This document shows, piece after piece, positions 24,400-39,151 of a stretch of 54,823 nucleotides of DNA. The position numbers were made by a program, and so were the translations under genes. Numbering within the stretch: the stretch's first letter is position 1; every line of letters begins with the position of its first letter. The DNA lies in assembly GCA_002104905.1 (NCBI GenBank), contig MCFE01000596.1, positions 1 to 54,823 on the forward strand. The letters are read 5' to 3'. The notes beneath the pieces were generated by a model. The model worked only from the letters and a program-made list of their open reading frames with translations. It did no database searches and had not been told where the DNA came from. The stretch is from Basidiobolus meristosporus CBS 931.73 (Eukaryota > Fungi > Basidiobolomycota).

Positions 24400-27300
24400 A
24401 GACAATTTAGTTCTGCAGGTGGACCCATTCCAAATCAGCCATCTGGATCCCGCCAAGAGACCGTCATAATGCCAGCAGCTTGGAATTAATGACCCTCTAC
24501 ACAATATTATGACAGGATCATAGTGCTATTTTGCTAATTTTATTGCTAAATAATTTAAAAACTTGGTAAGTTTTTGGCAATATCTCAACAAGAGTGTCAT
24601 GACATTGTTACAGTCTTGATGCACTCTATGTCTATTTGAGCAGATTTGACCAGCCAGTACATCCAATTGCCTTCTATGGCAAGAAGGTTGACTGTGCTTT
24701 GACAGCCTTATTGCAAGCCACTGATGGTTTTTCAACAGCAGTACAGCAGCCTACAGCAAGTTCTGTATAATGCTACCTTACTAATGGTATTTCTTCTTTC
24801 TACCTCTCCTGTGCCATTTGTATTTTCACTGTAGAATCACCCATCTTTATTTGCTTACCCCTATTATCTTATGTATTCCACATAACGCTTGAATCAAAAA
24901 ATACTATGGCCTCCTGCTTACTAATCTCTATAAACATATACACCTACCACAATTGACACACTTCTATCACCTTGACTTTACAGCTTTGTAGTGTGATACT
25001 TACAAGGTTGCCATATATCTTGTATTGCTGGTAATATATCCATCTTACAAGCATATGCTTGGTTGACACTGCCTTTGCCATGAATACCTCATGAATATCT
25101 GTAAAGTACATTTTGGTACTTGGCCAATATATTCCTTTTCCCTGTTAAGTTCCATTCCCCCTTTTAGGTGGACTCTGGCTCTGGTTTGTGTGAGTTCTGT
25201 ATTGAATGTTATAAAAGCCAACTTGTGAGCAAGAGAAACCCAGCATACTTTAGTAAAGTTGTCCTAATAAAATTATATGATTGTTGAACCTAACCCAGCT
25301 TTGCATTGCTTAACTGATTGCCCACACATTGGGGCTGCTTGGCTTTTTAATGCCATAGAAATAGGTGTCTCCATGTACCCTTCTGTCCTCCATGTGCCAA
25401 ATCATCATATCCATGACAGACTTGAAAGTAACATTCTTGATAAGATTGAGATATGGTAGTACCTGCAACTTGACTTGTCTTCTTATCTCCCAACACATCT
25501 GCTGTTGCAATTTAAGAAGTGATTTGGATATAAGGAACTTATCAAGAAATAGTGATAATAGTCAAACTATTGTTTATTCATAAAGAAGCTCAGTATTTAT
25601 ACCTTTATGGAAGTAATACAGCTGCAACACTAAGTAGGGAGGGTTTCTCAATATTCAGGAGCATTCTGTAACAGTTTCAGGGTTAGTACATAATGTTTGG
25701 TAATAGTGCTAATTTGATCCTGACTATAGGGGAATAATCATAAGATCATATATCTGGAGAAAGTAGTGAAGTTAAGGCAGTAAATGAGTCCTACAGTGAC
25801 TAAGACTAGCCTAGAATTGTTAAGTAAATTTTTAGCTGCTGAATGATACCAAATAGTCCAATATTTCAACACTCCCCCTCAACTAAATAATTTCTTAATC
25901 CCAATTTCTCTCTAAGGATCTCAAACTGTGGCCTAGCTAGTGGTTTTGTCAATATGTCTGCCACCATTTTGTCAGTTGGGCAGTACACCAGCTCCACTAA
26001 GTTATTTTCTACAGCTTCCCTCACAAAGTGATGCTGTATATCAATGTGCTTAGTTCTGGCATGATTAGTAGGATTTCTAGCTAATGAAATACAACTTTGA
26101 TTATCCTTGTAAATACATCTTGGTTCACCTGAATTAAAACCTAAGTCTTTGAAAAATTTCCATAGCCATATAGCCTCCTTAGTTGCTTGACATGCAGCCA
26201 TATATTTGGCTTCAGTTGTAGATAGTGCCACAGTTTGTTGTTTCTTGCAATTCCAAGTAATAGCTGCACCAGCATAAAGAAATACATAGCCTGTGGTAGA
26301 GTGTCTGTCAATCAGATCCCTACCCCAATCTGAATCACTATAACCATCAGATTTTTGCCTATTAGCTGCTCCAGTGTATTCCAGTACCATATTTATGGTA
26401 CCTTGTAGATATCTGAAAATCCGCTTAACTGCTGCAATTTGATCTGATCCATAATTCTACATGAATTGACTGACTATTCCAACTGCTAATGCAATATCTG
26501 GACGTGTAGACACCATCAAATACATTAGGCTACCAACCATTGATTGATAGGGAAAGTTTTGGTCCATATTTGAGCCGTTTCATCTATAACTGGCTGAGAT
26601 TTGCTTAATTTCAGGTTATTGTCCATAGGGGTTGCTGCAGGTTTGCAATTTTCCATTTTGAAGCGTCTAAGAGTGTCCCTGATGTACTTAGACTGATTCA
26701 GCACAATTTTCTGCGTAGGTATGTCAAATTTGACCTCAATTCCAAGAAAATAGCTCAATTTTCCAAGATCTTTCATCTCAAACTTGCTGAAGAGATCTGA
26801 TTCTGTCTGTTTAAGTGCCTCTTGATCACTTGTAGCTATAATTAGGTTGTCCACATAAAGAACTAGGATGATCACACCCTTTTTTAGTTGTTTCACATAT
26901 ATACTGTGATTTTGCAGTGCTATGAGAGAACCCAATTTCCTCTAGATATGTGTCAATCTTGTTTTACCATGCTCTGACTGCCTGCTTAAGCCCATACAAC
27001 AATTTTCTAAGTTTGCACACCTTATGGGGGCCTTTTGGATTGGTAAAACTTTCTGGTTGCTCCATATATATAGCTTCTTGCAAATACCCATTTAGAAAGG
27101 CTGTTTTGACGTCCATTTGGTGTAGATCTAGACTGTCTACAGCTGCCAGGGCTAGAACTGTCCTAATAGAGTTAAACTTGGCAACCAGAGCAAATGTTTC
27201 CTCAAAGTCTAGTCCCTGGATCTGGGAATAGCCTTTAGCTACCAATCTAGCCTTGTACCTATCAACGGCACCATTTGAGGTTATCTTGATCTTGTAGACC

Positions 27301-30300
27301 CATCTACATCCTATTGGCTTTCTCCCATTTGGTAAATCTACCAGTTCCCACGTTTTTGCCTTGATCAGTGATTGGTACTCCTCCTGCATGGCTTGTTGCC
27401 ACTTAGTAGCATCTGGACCTTGCATTGCCTGTTCCAGATTCTGAGGTTTGGCACATAAGGCAAGATAAGCTTCTTCATGATCATTGGATGGCTGCCACCA
27501 GGATCCAGGGGCATTTCTTATTCTGGTAGATCTCCTAACTGGGATAATCTGTTCTGATCTAGAACTGGTAGAAGTATCTTCCATCTCTGGTTGGATTTGG
27601 TACGTATCTTCTTCATTTGTGTTGATTGCATCATCAGGCAGCTGGCCAATGATTTCCATGGCTTTCTGATCTGAATTCTCCTCAAATACAACGTCCCTGC
27701 TCCTGATCAGCTTCTGAATTTTGCCATCATACACTCTATACCCTTTAGTATCTTCACAATACCCACAAAAGATCCCTTTTCTACTCTTTGGTTCCAACTT
27801 TGAGCGTTTTTTGTCAGGGATGTGATAAAAAACATCACTGCCAAAGATCCTGAGGTGCTGGAGATCTGGTTTTTTGCCTGTATATGCTTCAAAGGGTGTA
27901 GAATCACGTAGTGCTGTTGTTGGGCATCTGTTCTTGATGTATACAGCGGTAGCAACAGATTCAGCCCAAAACTTGCAGTCCATTCCCTTATCATGTAGCA
28001 TAGATCTTCCCATCTCTACTATTGTTCTATTTGCACATTCTGCTACTCCATTTTGCTGTGGAGTATGAGGAACTGTGGTCTGTTGAAGTATACCAGTAGA
28101 CAAGCAGTATTTTGCAAACTCCTTTGAGCAGTATTCTCCTCCATTGTCACTTTGTAGTACCTTCAATTTACACCCAGTTTGTGTTTCTGCCATGTTCTTG
28201 AAGTGCTTAAATGTCTCTAAAGCTTCATCCTTTGTTTTGAGGAAGTACACCCATGTATATCTTGTCTTGTCATCAATAAACGTCATAAAGTATGTCTTGG
28301 CTCCAAAGGACAGTGTTCTCATGGGGCCACATATGTCTGAGTGTACAATAGCCAATATTTCGGTGGTATTGATGCCTTCTGAGCTCTTGAAACGTTGCCT
28401 AGCTTGTTTGCCGTATGAACATCCCTTACAAACATTCAATTTGGTTGGAATTGAGTATTTTAGGCCCAAAACAAGCTGATTTTTCACCAATTGGCTCATT
28501 TTCTGTTCCCCTATGTGTCCTAGCCTCCTATGCCACGTCTCCCAGTTGGTTTCATCAGCTTCAACAATGTTGACATACTCAGGTACAATGATCTTGCATT
28601 GTAACTTGTATGTATTGTGATCTCTGATTCCCAAAGCTAATTTTTGTCCATTTTCACTCAATATTGAGCAGCTCAGCTTAGTAAAAACAAATTTCAGTCC
28701 CTGAGTAGTTGCTTTACTGACTGAGAGTAGGTTCTTAGCTATTCCAGGTACATAGAGTACGTCAGTCAGTTTTGCTGTTGTTGCCCCTGAGTTATCACTC
28801 ATATTTAGTTATATAGACCCACTGGCAGTAGCTTCCAATGCAGAGTTATCTCCCAGATAAACCTTTCTTACGGGAATAGTCTTTAAGTTGCTGAACCAAT
28901 CCATTATACCACAAATATGCTATGATGCTCCAGAGTCAATATACCATTCATTACTTTGGTTACTTGTACTCTCTTGTACAGTGACAAATAACTGTTCATC
29001 AGTAGTTAATGGTTTGCCTGCTCTAGTTTCTGTTTTTTGTCTGTTTGTTTCTTCTTGCATTCTCTTGCCCAGTGTCCTGGCTTCTTACAGTAGTTACAGC
29101 AGCCAGGTTTTCTTTGGTTTTGTTGCTTTCCCTTCTTTTCTGTATGCCTTTCTGAGCTGATAAAGCATTATCTTCAATTTTCTCTGCTTGATCATTACGT
29201 CTGAGGTCTTCATGGAGAAGTCTTCCTTTGACATAGTCTAAAGTCAAGTTGTCTTCTCTGCTTTCAAAAGAAATTATGAGTGGCTCATACTTGTCTGTTA
29301 GGCTGCAAAGCAGACAGAGTATCTTTTCTTCATCATCTACACCATCATCAATACTGTAAAGTTCTTCTGCAAGTGTCTCCATTCTGGTAATGAGTTGTAG
29401 CATGTCATCATCTGGCTTTTTTCTCATGTTGAAGAACTTTTGTTTCAAATAAAGCTTGCTTGATACTGACTTTGTTCTAAAGATCTTCTCTAAGGATTCC
29501 CATGCTGCTTTGGCAGTATCTGAGGCATGGATTTGTCCAATGAAGGAGTCTTGCACATTGATGCATATTGCATTGAAGGCCTTTCTCTCCTTCTCTTGAA
29601 ACTTCTCCACATCTTCTGCTGTTCCTTTGGGCTCAACTTCCTTTCCTGTTACTATGTTCCAAAGCTTTCTTTCCTCAAGGTGGATCTGCATCTTGATTCT
29701 CCAAAGTCTGTAGTTCTTCCCATCAAACCTCTCCTTTACAGGGAGATGTTGGTATTGCTTTGTTTGCTGGTAGAAGTCATCTTTAGAATAGATTAAGGCA
29801 ATTGGGGCTCATAACCTGTTGCAATTTAAGAAGTGATTTGGATATAAGGAACTTATCAAGAAATAGTGATAATAGTCAAACTGTTGTTTATTCATAAAGA
29901 AGCTCAGTATTTATACCTTTGTGGAAGTAATACAGCTGCAACACTAAGTAGGGAGGGTTTCTCAATATTCAGGAGCATTCTGTAACAGTTTCAGGGTTAG
30001 TACATAATGTTTGGTAATAGTGCTAATTTGATCCTGACTATAGGGGAATAATCATAAGATCATATATCTGGAGAAAGTGGTGAAGTTAAGGCAGTAAATG
30101 AGTCCTACAGTGACTAAGACTAGCCTAGAATTGTTAAGTAAATTTTTAGCTGCTGAATGATTCCAAATAGTCCAATATTTCAACATCTGCCCCACAGGAA
30201 ACCTCCATAAGGTGTAGCAAGGCCCATTATTTTGCACACACTAAGCAAGATGAAGTAGAGAATGGAACCATTAGCAGCTGAAATTCCGGTGTTCAGCTTT

Positions 30301-30575
30301 ATGTTTGTAGTATATCTGATCAATTCCTATCACAAACTCCTTGCACCAAAGTTGTGGATGTGCCAAGTTGGCATTGGTGATCCACTTCTGAATCAGCATT
30401 CCTACAATGTCCACATATGACTTCAGTACTTCCAATGTACTCTTGGTAGAAATGGTGTCAATAGGCCACTTGCATAAATACACATCCAGTTCATCCAATT
30501 CATCCAGTTCTTGCATTTGTATTGTCACATATGAGGTTAAATATTGATTGGTCCCTGTGAGAAGTACTTATGGTA
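24400..30575 (-). mobile_element. Tnp2/CMC transposon remnant (24400-25502 plus 30186-30575) split by Copia-A2
   Basis: Joining across the TSD gives ctcccaacacatctgccccacaggaaac, matching ctccccacacatctgctccacaggaaac near 890. Confidence 0.82.
25503..30185 (-). mobile_element. Ty1/Copia retrotransposon Copia-A2, full length, defective; LTR-D 25503-25871 and 29817-30185
   Basis: Perfect TSD TCTGC; LTRs differ at ~4 of 369 sites; PBS and PPT present. Gag-pol broken into ORFs 29023-29691, 26964-28802, 26525-26935, 25866-26390. Confidence 0.97.
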
Positions 30576-30943
30576 TTTACAAGTCTTGGTACAAAAGTTG
30601 TAGAGGAATAGGGAGTTTAGCTAGTATTGTATTCACAAAAACTTGAACTGATCTTTATTGAGGTTCCAGCAGCTCCTTATATACATTTTGCCCAATCAAT
30701 TGCTAACTAATTGTATATCCTAATGAAGGCTATGGCTGATGACTTATTTGATTGCATCATCATCACCCAATAAGATCCTACCTAATATATCTATTTCAGT
30801 CTGATGAGGATCTGCTGATGCATTTGCTGACTAATGCTACTGATTTGATAGATAATACTGATATACTAATTAGCTAAACATATAACTTATTGATTTGACT
30901 AAAAACTGATCTAGCTTAAACATTCAGGTGGCCGATCATAACA
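30576..30943 (-). mobile_element. LTR-A copy without matching TSD
   Basis: Homologous to the other LTR-A copies; left terminus damaged; flanks GGTA/CAAG. Confidence 0.85.
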
Positions 30944-30949
30944 CAAGCA

Positions 30950-31520
30950 AGGCATGCAGCATGAACTGGATGCAGTTGCTTGTGGTCTGTTTTCTTTCTC
31001 ATGAAGCTCACCTTCCAATTCCTCAAGGTATTCGTTTACCCTTGGTCTGATACCTTGGAATCATTGCCATAGTTAGTCCTGTATATATTACTCTTAGAAG
31101 TCACTTAGCTCTACCAATATATCACATAGAACATTAGTTATTTGAGGCAAGAACTCATTCAAAATCTCTTTGGTTCCCAAAGTTGAGGCACAAATAGATT
31201 TGTCTGGCCTTTACTTTGCAAATTGCGCTCTGAATAGTTTGTGTGTGGCTTCCTCATTATATCCCCTCATTCTCAGCTTATTCTTGATTTCAATACATGT
31301 CTTGTTATATGTCTTCTTACATACATTGGCTGGCATTATGATGTAAAACTCATGCCACAGCTTTCAGTTTAGATTCTTCCCTCTTTGTTGACTCTCTGCA
31401 GTATCCAGTCCTGCTAGAATAATGAGTAGTGCCCAAATATCTGTATGAAGGCTCATCATAGACACTTGGGCCTAACTAAAATCATTTGGCAAGAACTCAA
31501 ATGGATCTAACATTGACTTG
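30950..31520 (-). pseudogene. Highly degenerate coding remnant, possibly retrotransposon gag
   Basis: A minus frame with scattered stops reads ...KLWHEFYIIMPANVCKKTYNKTCIEIKNKLRMRGYNEE...EYLEELEGELHEKE; gag-like character only. Confidence 0.3.
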
Positions 31521-31595
31521 TGAACTGAGGGATGGGCTTTGTCTGGTAGTAGAGCTGAGTTGAGACTTGGTATAGGGACCATAGTGACAGATTTG

Positions 31596-31964
31596 TGTTA
31601 CAATTCTTAGTATAAGAGTTGTGGAGGAATAGGGAGTTTAGCTAGTATTGTATTCACTAAAACTTGAACTGATGTTGATTGAGGTTCCAGCAGCTCCTTA
31701 TATATAATTTTGCCAGATCACTTACTGACTAACTATATTTCCTAATGTGGGTTGTGGCTGATGACTCATTTGATTGCATCATCATTACCCATAAGTTCCT
31801 ACTTAATATATCTATTCCGGTTTGATAAGGATCTGCTTATTCATCTGCTGACAATTGCTACTGATTTGATAGATAACACTGATATACTGATAGGCTAATC
31901 ATATAACTAATTGATTTGACTAAATACTGATCTAACTTAAGTATTCAGGCAGTAGATCATAACA
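31596..31964 (-). mobile_element. LTR-A copy, older, no matching TSD
   Basis: TGTTA...TAACA; flanks TTTG/CAAG. Confidence 0.85.
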
Positions 31965-32444
31965 CAAGTAACAGATAACAAGTTACCAAATTTGATATTG
32001 ATGCTAGTTGGCACAGTTTCCCCCTGGAAATTTGGTTTGCTTGCCTGCCCATCAGCTAACAGCAGAGATATTTAGAGTTCTCAATTTCAAGAAACTTGGA
32101 ATTCAGCTGAAATTGTGATTTTTTTTGCCAGCCTTTTGTTAAGTCTTTCTCTTAGGGTGGATGTAGGCATGACAAAGAACTCTGGGTAGAGAATCATTCA
32201 GAACTCACTGGAGGGGAGAAATGCATGGAAGACTTAGCATATAGGAGAGGATTGTAGAGACTTGGATGTACTACAGCTCATAGGAAGCCAAGAAATGGTG
32301 TGCTTGGCAGGAAGCAGAAGCTCTACAATGAGATAATAATCACATCAGAATGAGTGTAGAGCATATATCTTAATATCTAAAGAATTTTGACATATTGGCA
32401 CATACATACAGAGGAAACTCATATACAGGAGAAAACAGCAGAAT

Positions 32445-32691
32445 ATACTTGTTCCTGTTGTAAAAATTTGTAGTTCCACCTGAATATTCACCTAACATAG
32501 TCACTTAGATCATTATCTTCAAATCCCAGGGAATACTTGGCCACAGAATGTGAGACATAGCTCTTCATCTTCGTGCAAAGCAGCACTTGTGTTTCACCCA
32601 TTGTGTTGGAGAAAATCCATTTTTTGACCTTCTTTTTTGGATAAATATTGTATAGGTTACGTAAAATCACAGAATTACTGAGGACATGCAT
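32445..32691 (+). mobile_element. Fragment of the foldback element (terminus plus arm segment) with an inserted LTR-B 5' fragment (32456-~32532)
   Basis: aat|atacttgttcc terminus, then tgttgtaaaaatttg (LTR-B), then atacttggccacagaatgtg...gacatgcat matching the arm at 43.36-43.5 kb. Confidence 0.7.
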
Positions 32692-33009
32692 CCCCTATGA
32701 AAAATGACTGTAATGATTTTATCAAATGGCTGTCACAAAGTTGAAGTTCTGTGACTAAGAGGTACTGATCCAGTCAGGACACCATCCAGAGATCATTGAA
32801 AAATAGTTGCACCCCAGATTTCACAAAACACTTGGTTAGAATTTTTCATCACAACAATATATAAGTGGCCTTTAGTTGGTTCCCTGCCAATTTGCTCACT
32901 TTCTGATCCCAGACACTCTTTTGCCTCCTACATCTGTGTGCATTGATTAGCTATTGCCTCTTTTTCACACTCCTTACTTCCTGACTCAACTGTTTCTCTT
33001 ACTATTCAT

Positions 33010-35250
33010 GCATACAAAAGATAGCTCTGACAAAGAAGGCTCACTGATGGATTATGAGCCTATCTCCCCTAACAACAGTACCACATATGAGCCCAGTCAA
33101 ATCCCAATATGCAATGAGACAACACCCATTGAAACAAGTGCCAAGGATATTTTATGGAGCCAAGTGAGACCAGTCATCCATCTACTGGTGAATGATGTAA
33201 TGTTGTGGCAAGAGAAGTGGCACGTTTCCACTAATATCAGCAATAGGGGCTTTGAGGATCTATTACCACTTCTTGCCAAAATCATAACAGGATGCAACTT
33301 ACCATGTACATGGTACAAGTGGACAACTGTCATGAGGCAGGCAACATTCAATCCAGAGTCTGTCCTAATTCTAGCATTTGTTAACAGTTGCATGGCATTC
33401 ACATCCAAGAATGCTACCATTGCGATGTTACAAGTTATCAGGAATCCACCACCATTGAGGGAAAACATTATTCACACTCCAGATATAATCCGGCCATACC
33501 CCATCTCTGGAAGCTGATGCAGTCCAACAAATATTGCAATGCTATGCAGTACTGCACTTAGTATCAATCAAGCGCAAACATATCCAATATATTTGATGGC
33601 AAACATTACAAACAGCTCAGAAGCAAGGGCTACTTTGAAGGTATGTATGGCCATGCCTTTGCTTCAGCACTTGATGGATTCTCATTAAGCAAGTACTCTA
33701 CCAGCAAATCCTGCTGGCCACTGATTCTCATCAATCTGAATCTGCTGCCTATCTCACAATATCAGAACAATAATCTGATGGTAGTCTCAATGGTTTGTGG
33801 GCCTGAATCACCGTCTAGCCTGGATAGCTACCTGTATCCATTGCAGGATGAATTTGTATGCTCTCCAGCAGGATAACAGTCAATGGCTGTCATGTAAAAG
33901 TGCACATTATTATCTGCATTGGAGATACAGCAGCTGTCAGCAAGTAGCAGGCTTTTCCAGGCATAATGGACAGTATTGCTGTTGAATGTGTGAGATCCAG
34001 GGGATTTACTCCATAGCTCTCACACATTATTATTACCCAAACACCAGCACTAAATACATCATCTTTCCACAGAGAGAATGGACAGAAGTCAGCATGCAAT
34101 TGCAGCAAAGTTGGCAAGCTATAAGCCATTGGCTGGAATATGGAATCAACTGGAACTGGAGATACTTAAGATAGAGGGTATCTCTTGGAGCAAAAGCTTT
34201 ACACTGGGAGCAATGCATTTGCTTTTCAGCAATATCCCTATACTGATGACCAAGTTGTACATGGGGCATTTCAAGCTAAATGATCCCTTTGAGATACCAG
34301 AACAATTTAAAAGAATTGCCATGATATTAAAGAGTATCTGCTACCCTAAGGACTTCTCACAGGCTCCAATCAATATTCATATGCATATGCAACAATATAA
34401 ATGCAAAGACTGGATGAACTGGATATGTGTTTATTCAAGTGGGTTCTGAGACCATTCCTACCAACAGTACATAGAATGCCTTAGGAGTCATATGTGGACA
34501 TTGTAGGAATATTTATTCAGAAGCAGATCACCAATACCAACTTGACATATCTACAGCTGCTGTGTGAGGAGTTTGTGATGGGATTTGAGCAGCTATACTA
34601 CAAACATAATGCTGAACGTGTAGATCTCTGCCACTACTGTATCCTTTCTCTGCTCCATCTTACATGGTGTGTGGATAATGTTGGGCCTTGCTTCACCTTT
34701 TGGGAGTCTCCTATGGAGTGGATATGTGGGGAGATAGGAAGACAAGTCAAGTGGCAGGTACTACCATATCCCAATCTCATCAAGAATATTACCTTGAAGT
34801 CTGTCATGGATGTGATGAGTTGGCACATGGAGGACAGCCAGAAAGAGTTGAAAATACTGAGGACAAATGTGCATGTGAAGACACCTATGTCTATGGCATT
34901 AAGAAGCAAAGCAGCCCCAATGCATTGGTAATCAGTTAAGTAATGCAAAGTTGGGTTGGGTGCAACAAGCAACTGATTTTTATCAGGAAAGCTCTACCAA
35001 TGTATGCCAGATTTCTCATGATCATAAGCCAACTTCTACACATTCAATACAGAATTCACAAAACAAAAGCCAGAGTGCACCTATAAGGGGGACTGAAATC
35101 CAGCAGGGAGAAGGAATATATTGGCTAAATACCAAGGAGTTCTTTGCAGATATTCAGGAGGTATTCATGGCAGGAGTGGCAACAACCAAGCTTATGTTTG
35201 CAAGATATTTATGTTACCAGCAGTACAAGGTATATGGCAACTTTGCAAGT
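33010..35250 (+). pseudogene. Tnp2-family transposase pseudogene
   Basis: ALDGF...SCWPLILINLNL...VCGPESPSSLDSYLYPLQDEF; GAMHLLFSNI; KCKDWMNWICVYS. Fragmented by stops and frameshifts. Confidence 0.85.
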
Positions 35251-36559
35251 ATCACACTAAAAAGCTGTAAAGTTGAGGTGATATAAATATGTCAATTGCA
35301 GCAGGTGTGCACATTTATAGAGGTTATTAAGCAGGAGGACATAATTTTTTTGATTCAAGCTATATGTGGAAAACCCAACAGTAGTAGTAGGTAAGCAAAT
35401 AAAGAGGGGTGATTCTACAGTGGAATATATGAATTGCATAAGGGGGGTAGAAAAAGGAAATACCATTTGGTAAATTGGTACAGTAGCATTATATAGAACC
35501 AGCAGATAGGCCATCATACTGCCAATATAATGCCATCAGAGTCTTGCTGTGAGGCTGTCAAAATACTGTTGTAAGAGTCTTGCAGATATTAGAAGTGATA
35601 GGGAGGACAAGTAGATTATGTGGTTTTCACTTAATGATTTATTGAGTGTAAAAGTGGTATTTATACTTATGACATGATCTTGGCAAAACAAACACATAGA
35701 GTAGGCTAATGAAAGGTCCCAAGAGCATGTGTGCAAAGTTTGGGGCTGTTTGGACAACTTTGAGAATTTTCATGTTCTGGGTACCTGGTATTTTAGTGAA
35801 AATATTCTAAGTAAATCCCAACAAGGATTTGGTCAGCATTCTCTAGGATTTGAGGGCAATGATCTAAGTGACTAAGTTAGGTGAATATTTAGGTGGAATT
35901 CCAAATTTTAACAACACTCCCACTCAGCCAAATGTTCATACTGACTAGTCCTAATTTTGACCCAAGATATTCAAACTTGTCTCTAGCCAATGGTTTTGTA
36001 AATATAGTCTGCAATCATTTCATCTGTAGAACAGTAAGCTAAGCTAACTAAGCAATACTCTATAGCTTCACATATGAAATGATGTCTAATATCTATGTGC
36101 TTAGCTCTAGCATGAAAAGTTGGATTTCAACCTAATTGTATACATCATGGATTATCTTGAAATAAAGTAATAGGCCTCTTTTGAGATAGGCCTAAATCTG
36201 TAAAAAGCTTTCTTAACCACAGTGCTTCTTATGTAGCTTCACAGGCTGCCATGTACTCTGCCTCTGTGGTAGAAAGTGCTGCATAGTTGGTTGCTTTCTT
36301 GAATTCCATGAAATTGCTCCTTTACAGTAAAAAAAGGTGTATCCTGTGGTGGATCTTCTGTCATCCAAATTTTGTTCCCCAATCAGCATCAGAGTATCCC
36401 ACAAGATCCTGTTCAGAATCTTTGTAAGTGTATCTTAAGCATATATCAGCAGTTCCTTTTAGATATCTAAAAATCTGCTTAACTGCTGTAATATGATCAG
36501 ATCCATAGTTCTGATTATGTTGGCTGCCAGCTCCCACTGGATATGAGATATCTGGATGT

Positions 36560-37392
36560 TGTGGTGGTGTAGAGGTACTCCTGGGAGAAGCTACCCAACT
36601 CAAGGTGTGTGAGGTGTCTGATGGGTGCAATAACTATGATGTTGATGTCTGATGGTGCAATAACTCTGCTCTAAACTGCAGGTGTCTTTGTCAATATGTC
36701 TCTATGGTAAAAGCTCCAGCTTCTCTAGCTTCCTAGGTGCTCCAAGTGTCTCTAAAGGCCTCTGTGTGTCTTGTGCACTACCCTGAAAAGCTCCTTGATG
36801 GCAGGTCTGAGATGTACTGTTGAAGGCAGGTGCAGTGATCAACTGCTAATCAATAAGATAAAAGTGTTATATATAGAAGGGATGATTTATTGATTAGGGA
36901 TTGCTTTCCCTTGAATACTATTCCTTATTGCCAAGTGATTACTAATGACAAGGTTCTAGAAGATTCTAGGCATCAGTGGAACTCTTGATGACATCACTAT
37001 GAGCTAAAAACATGCCAAGAATGTCCTGGAAGGTTCTAAAAGGCAAAGCACATCCAATCAATCAGGGATCAGTAGTCTGAAACCTGTGCAACATAAAAAT
37101 ACCATATATGGTATTGAAATGGTAGGTATGGTTACACAGACCAAGGTTATGTGTCACGGGTACTGACTGCTGGTACTTGCCTTATGTAGATACATATGCT
37201 GATCACAAAGCTGAATAACATCTGTAATAACTAATGCTAATAACTAATCAGGGTAAACATCATATGGGGATAATACTGATAATATGGGCAAAAGAACAAT
37301 GGGATAATACTGATAAGATAAAATATGGATAAGTATATCATAATGGCTATATGAATAAACTTGTCTGTGGGAGGTATGTTTACCCTACCACA
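36560..37392 (-). mobile_element. Solo LTR-C (833 bp) in the Copia-B RT/RH region, 4-bp TSD ATGT
   Basis: TGTGGT...ACCACA; ATGT on both sides; excision restores G-T-H-P-D (canonical GTRPD with a CpG transition). Confidence 0.88.
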
Positions 37393-38801
37393 ATGTGTTC
37401 CAAGCTATGACATATATCAGACTGCTGGCCATAAATTGATAAGGAAAGTCAGGGCTTTCAGATGGCACCAAGCTCTCTTAATTTGGTTGAGTTTTGACCA
37501 AGTTGAGGTTTGTGTCCATTGGGGTTGCTGCCAGTTTACAGTCTTCCTTTTGGTACTTCTTTAGTATATCTTGAGTATACTTGGATTGGCTTAGGGTGAT
37601 AGTCTGGGTACTTCTGTCTATGCAGAACTTAATCCCTGAGTAGTAACTGAGTTCTCCTAGATTGGACATCTTGGACTCCTTAGATAGGCTGGATTAAGTT
37701 ACTTCCAATGTTTCTAGGTTATTAGTGGCTATAATAAGATCATCCATATATAGAGCTAATAGAGCTGGATTTGCTCTATCTGGCTTATAGTATATACTAT
37801 AGTCAGCATTACTCCTTTTGAAACTCAAAGATTCCAAATAAGAATCTACCTTGCAATTCCAGGCTCTTGGTAATTGTTTGAGACCATATAGTGACTTTTC
37901 AAGCTTACTGACCAAATGCGGATTTATCTAGGTCAACAAACCCATCAGGCTGGTCCATATACATGTCCTCATCAAGTTCTCCATTCAAAAACGCAGCTTT
38001 TACATCCATTTGATGAATAAAGAACTTGTATTTGGCTGCAATAGCCAATATTAATCTGATGGAATTAAACCTGGCTACCAGTGCAAAGGTCTCAGTATAG
38101 TCAAGTCCTTTTGTTTGACAGTATCCTTTGGCCACAAGTCTTGCTTTGTATCTTTCAATTGTACCATCAGCCTTGTATTTTGTCTTGAAGACCCATCCGC
38201 ATCCAATTGATTTTTGGTTGATTGGTAATTTGACTAAGTCCCAAGTTTGATTTTCCATCAGGGCTTGATATTCCTCAGTCATTGCAGATCTCCAAAACTT
38301 TGTCTGAGGGCTATTTAGGGCCTCTTTTACAGTCTAGGGCCATCAATATGGACTGAATAGGCATAGGATAAGTTTGTACCCTCTTTGATATAGTAATTTG
38401 GGTTATATCTTGTCCAATTTAATCTCTGGGCATCTGATACTGGAATGATCACTTCTGGGATATTTCTGGGCACTGATTCAGGCTGAACCACAGTTGTAGA
38501 GTCCTCTGGAGTGAAGAAATTTTCATTGTTTTGCTCTGATTCAATCCTGACAATTGGTGGACTTAGGATCAGATTTTTGTCATCATCTGATGTCATTTTT
38601 GTGAAAGTTTTAAATTTCTATCAAGCAATACATCCCAGGACTTGATTAGCTTCTTTGCTTTGGTATTGTAGAGTCTGTATGCCTTACTCTCATTGCAGTA
38701 GCCCAATGATATGCATTTTACACTTTTTGGCTCACATTTTGACTGATTTCTGGGCAGTTTCTTGGCATATGCTGTACACCCAAATATTATTAGATGTTCT
38801 G

Positions 38802-39151
38802 TGTTGTAAAAATTTGCATTTCCACCTATATATTCACCTAACCTAGTCACTTAGATCATCACCTTTAAATCCTGGAGAATACTGACCAAAATTCCTTGTT
38901 GGGATTTACTTAGAATATTTTCACCAAAGTATCAGGTACCCAGAACATGAAAATTCTCAAAGCTGTCCAAGCAGCCCCAAACTTTGCGCACATGTTCTTG
39001 GGACCTTCCTTAACCTATTCTTTGTGCTTTTTATGCCAAGACCCGGTAAAAGTATAAATACCACTTTTACACTCAATAAATCATTAAGTGAAAACCACAT
39101 AATCTACTTGTCCTCCCAATCACTTCCAATATCTCCATGACTCTTACAGCA
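38802..39151 (+). mobile_element. Solo LTR-B inserted antisense into its own family (Copia-B integrase), TSD TTCTG
   Basis: TGTTGTAA...TTACAGCA; TTCTG on both sides; excision restores PSAEHLIIFG. Confidence 0.92.

Noticed and set aside
30576-31964. Two same-orientation LTR-A copies as the ends of a small non-autonomous (TRIM-like) element
   Set aside because: No PBS or PPT at the inner edges, outer flanks GGTA/CAAG do not match, and the LTRs are quite divergent.
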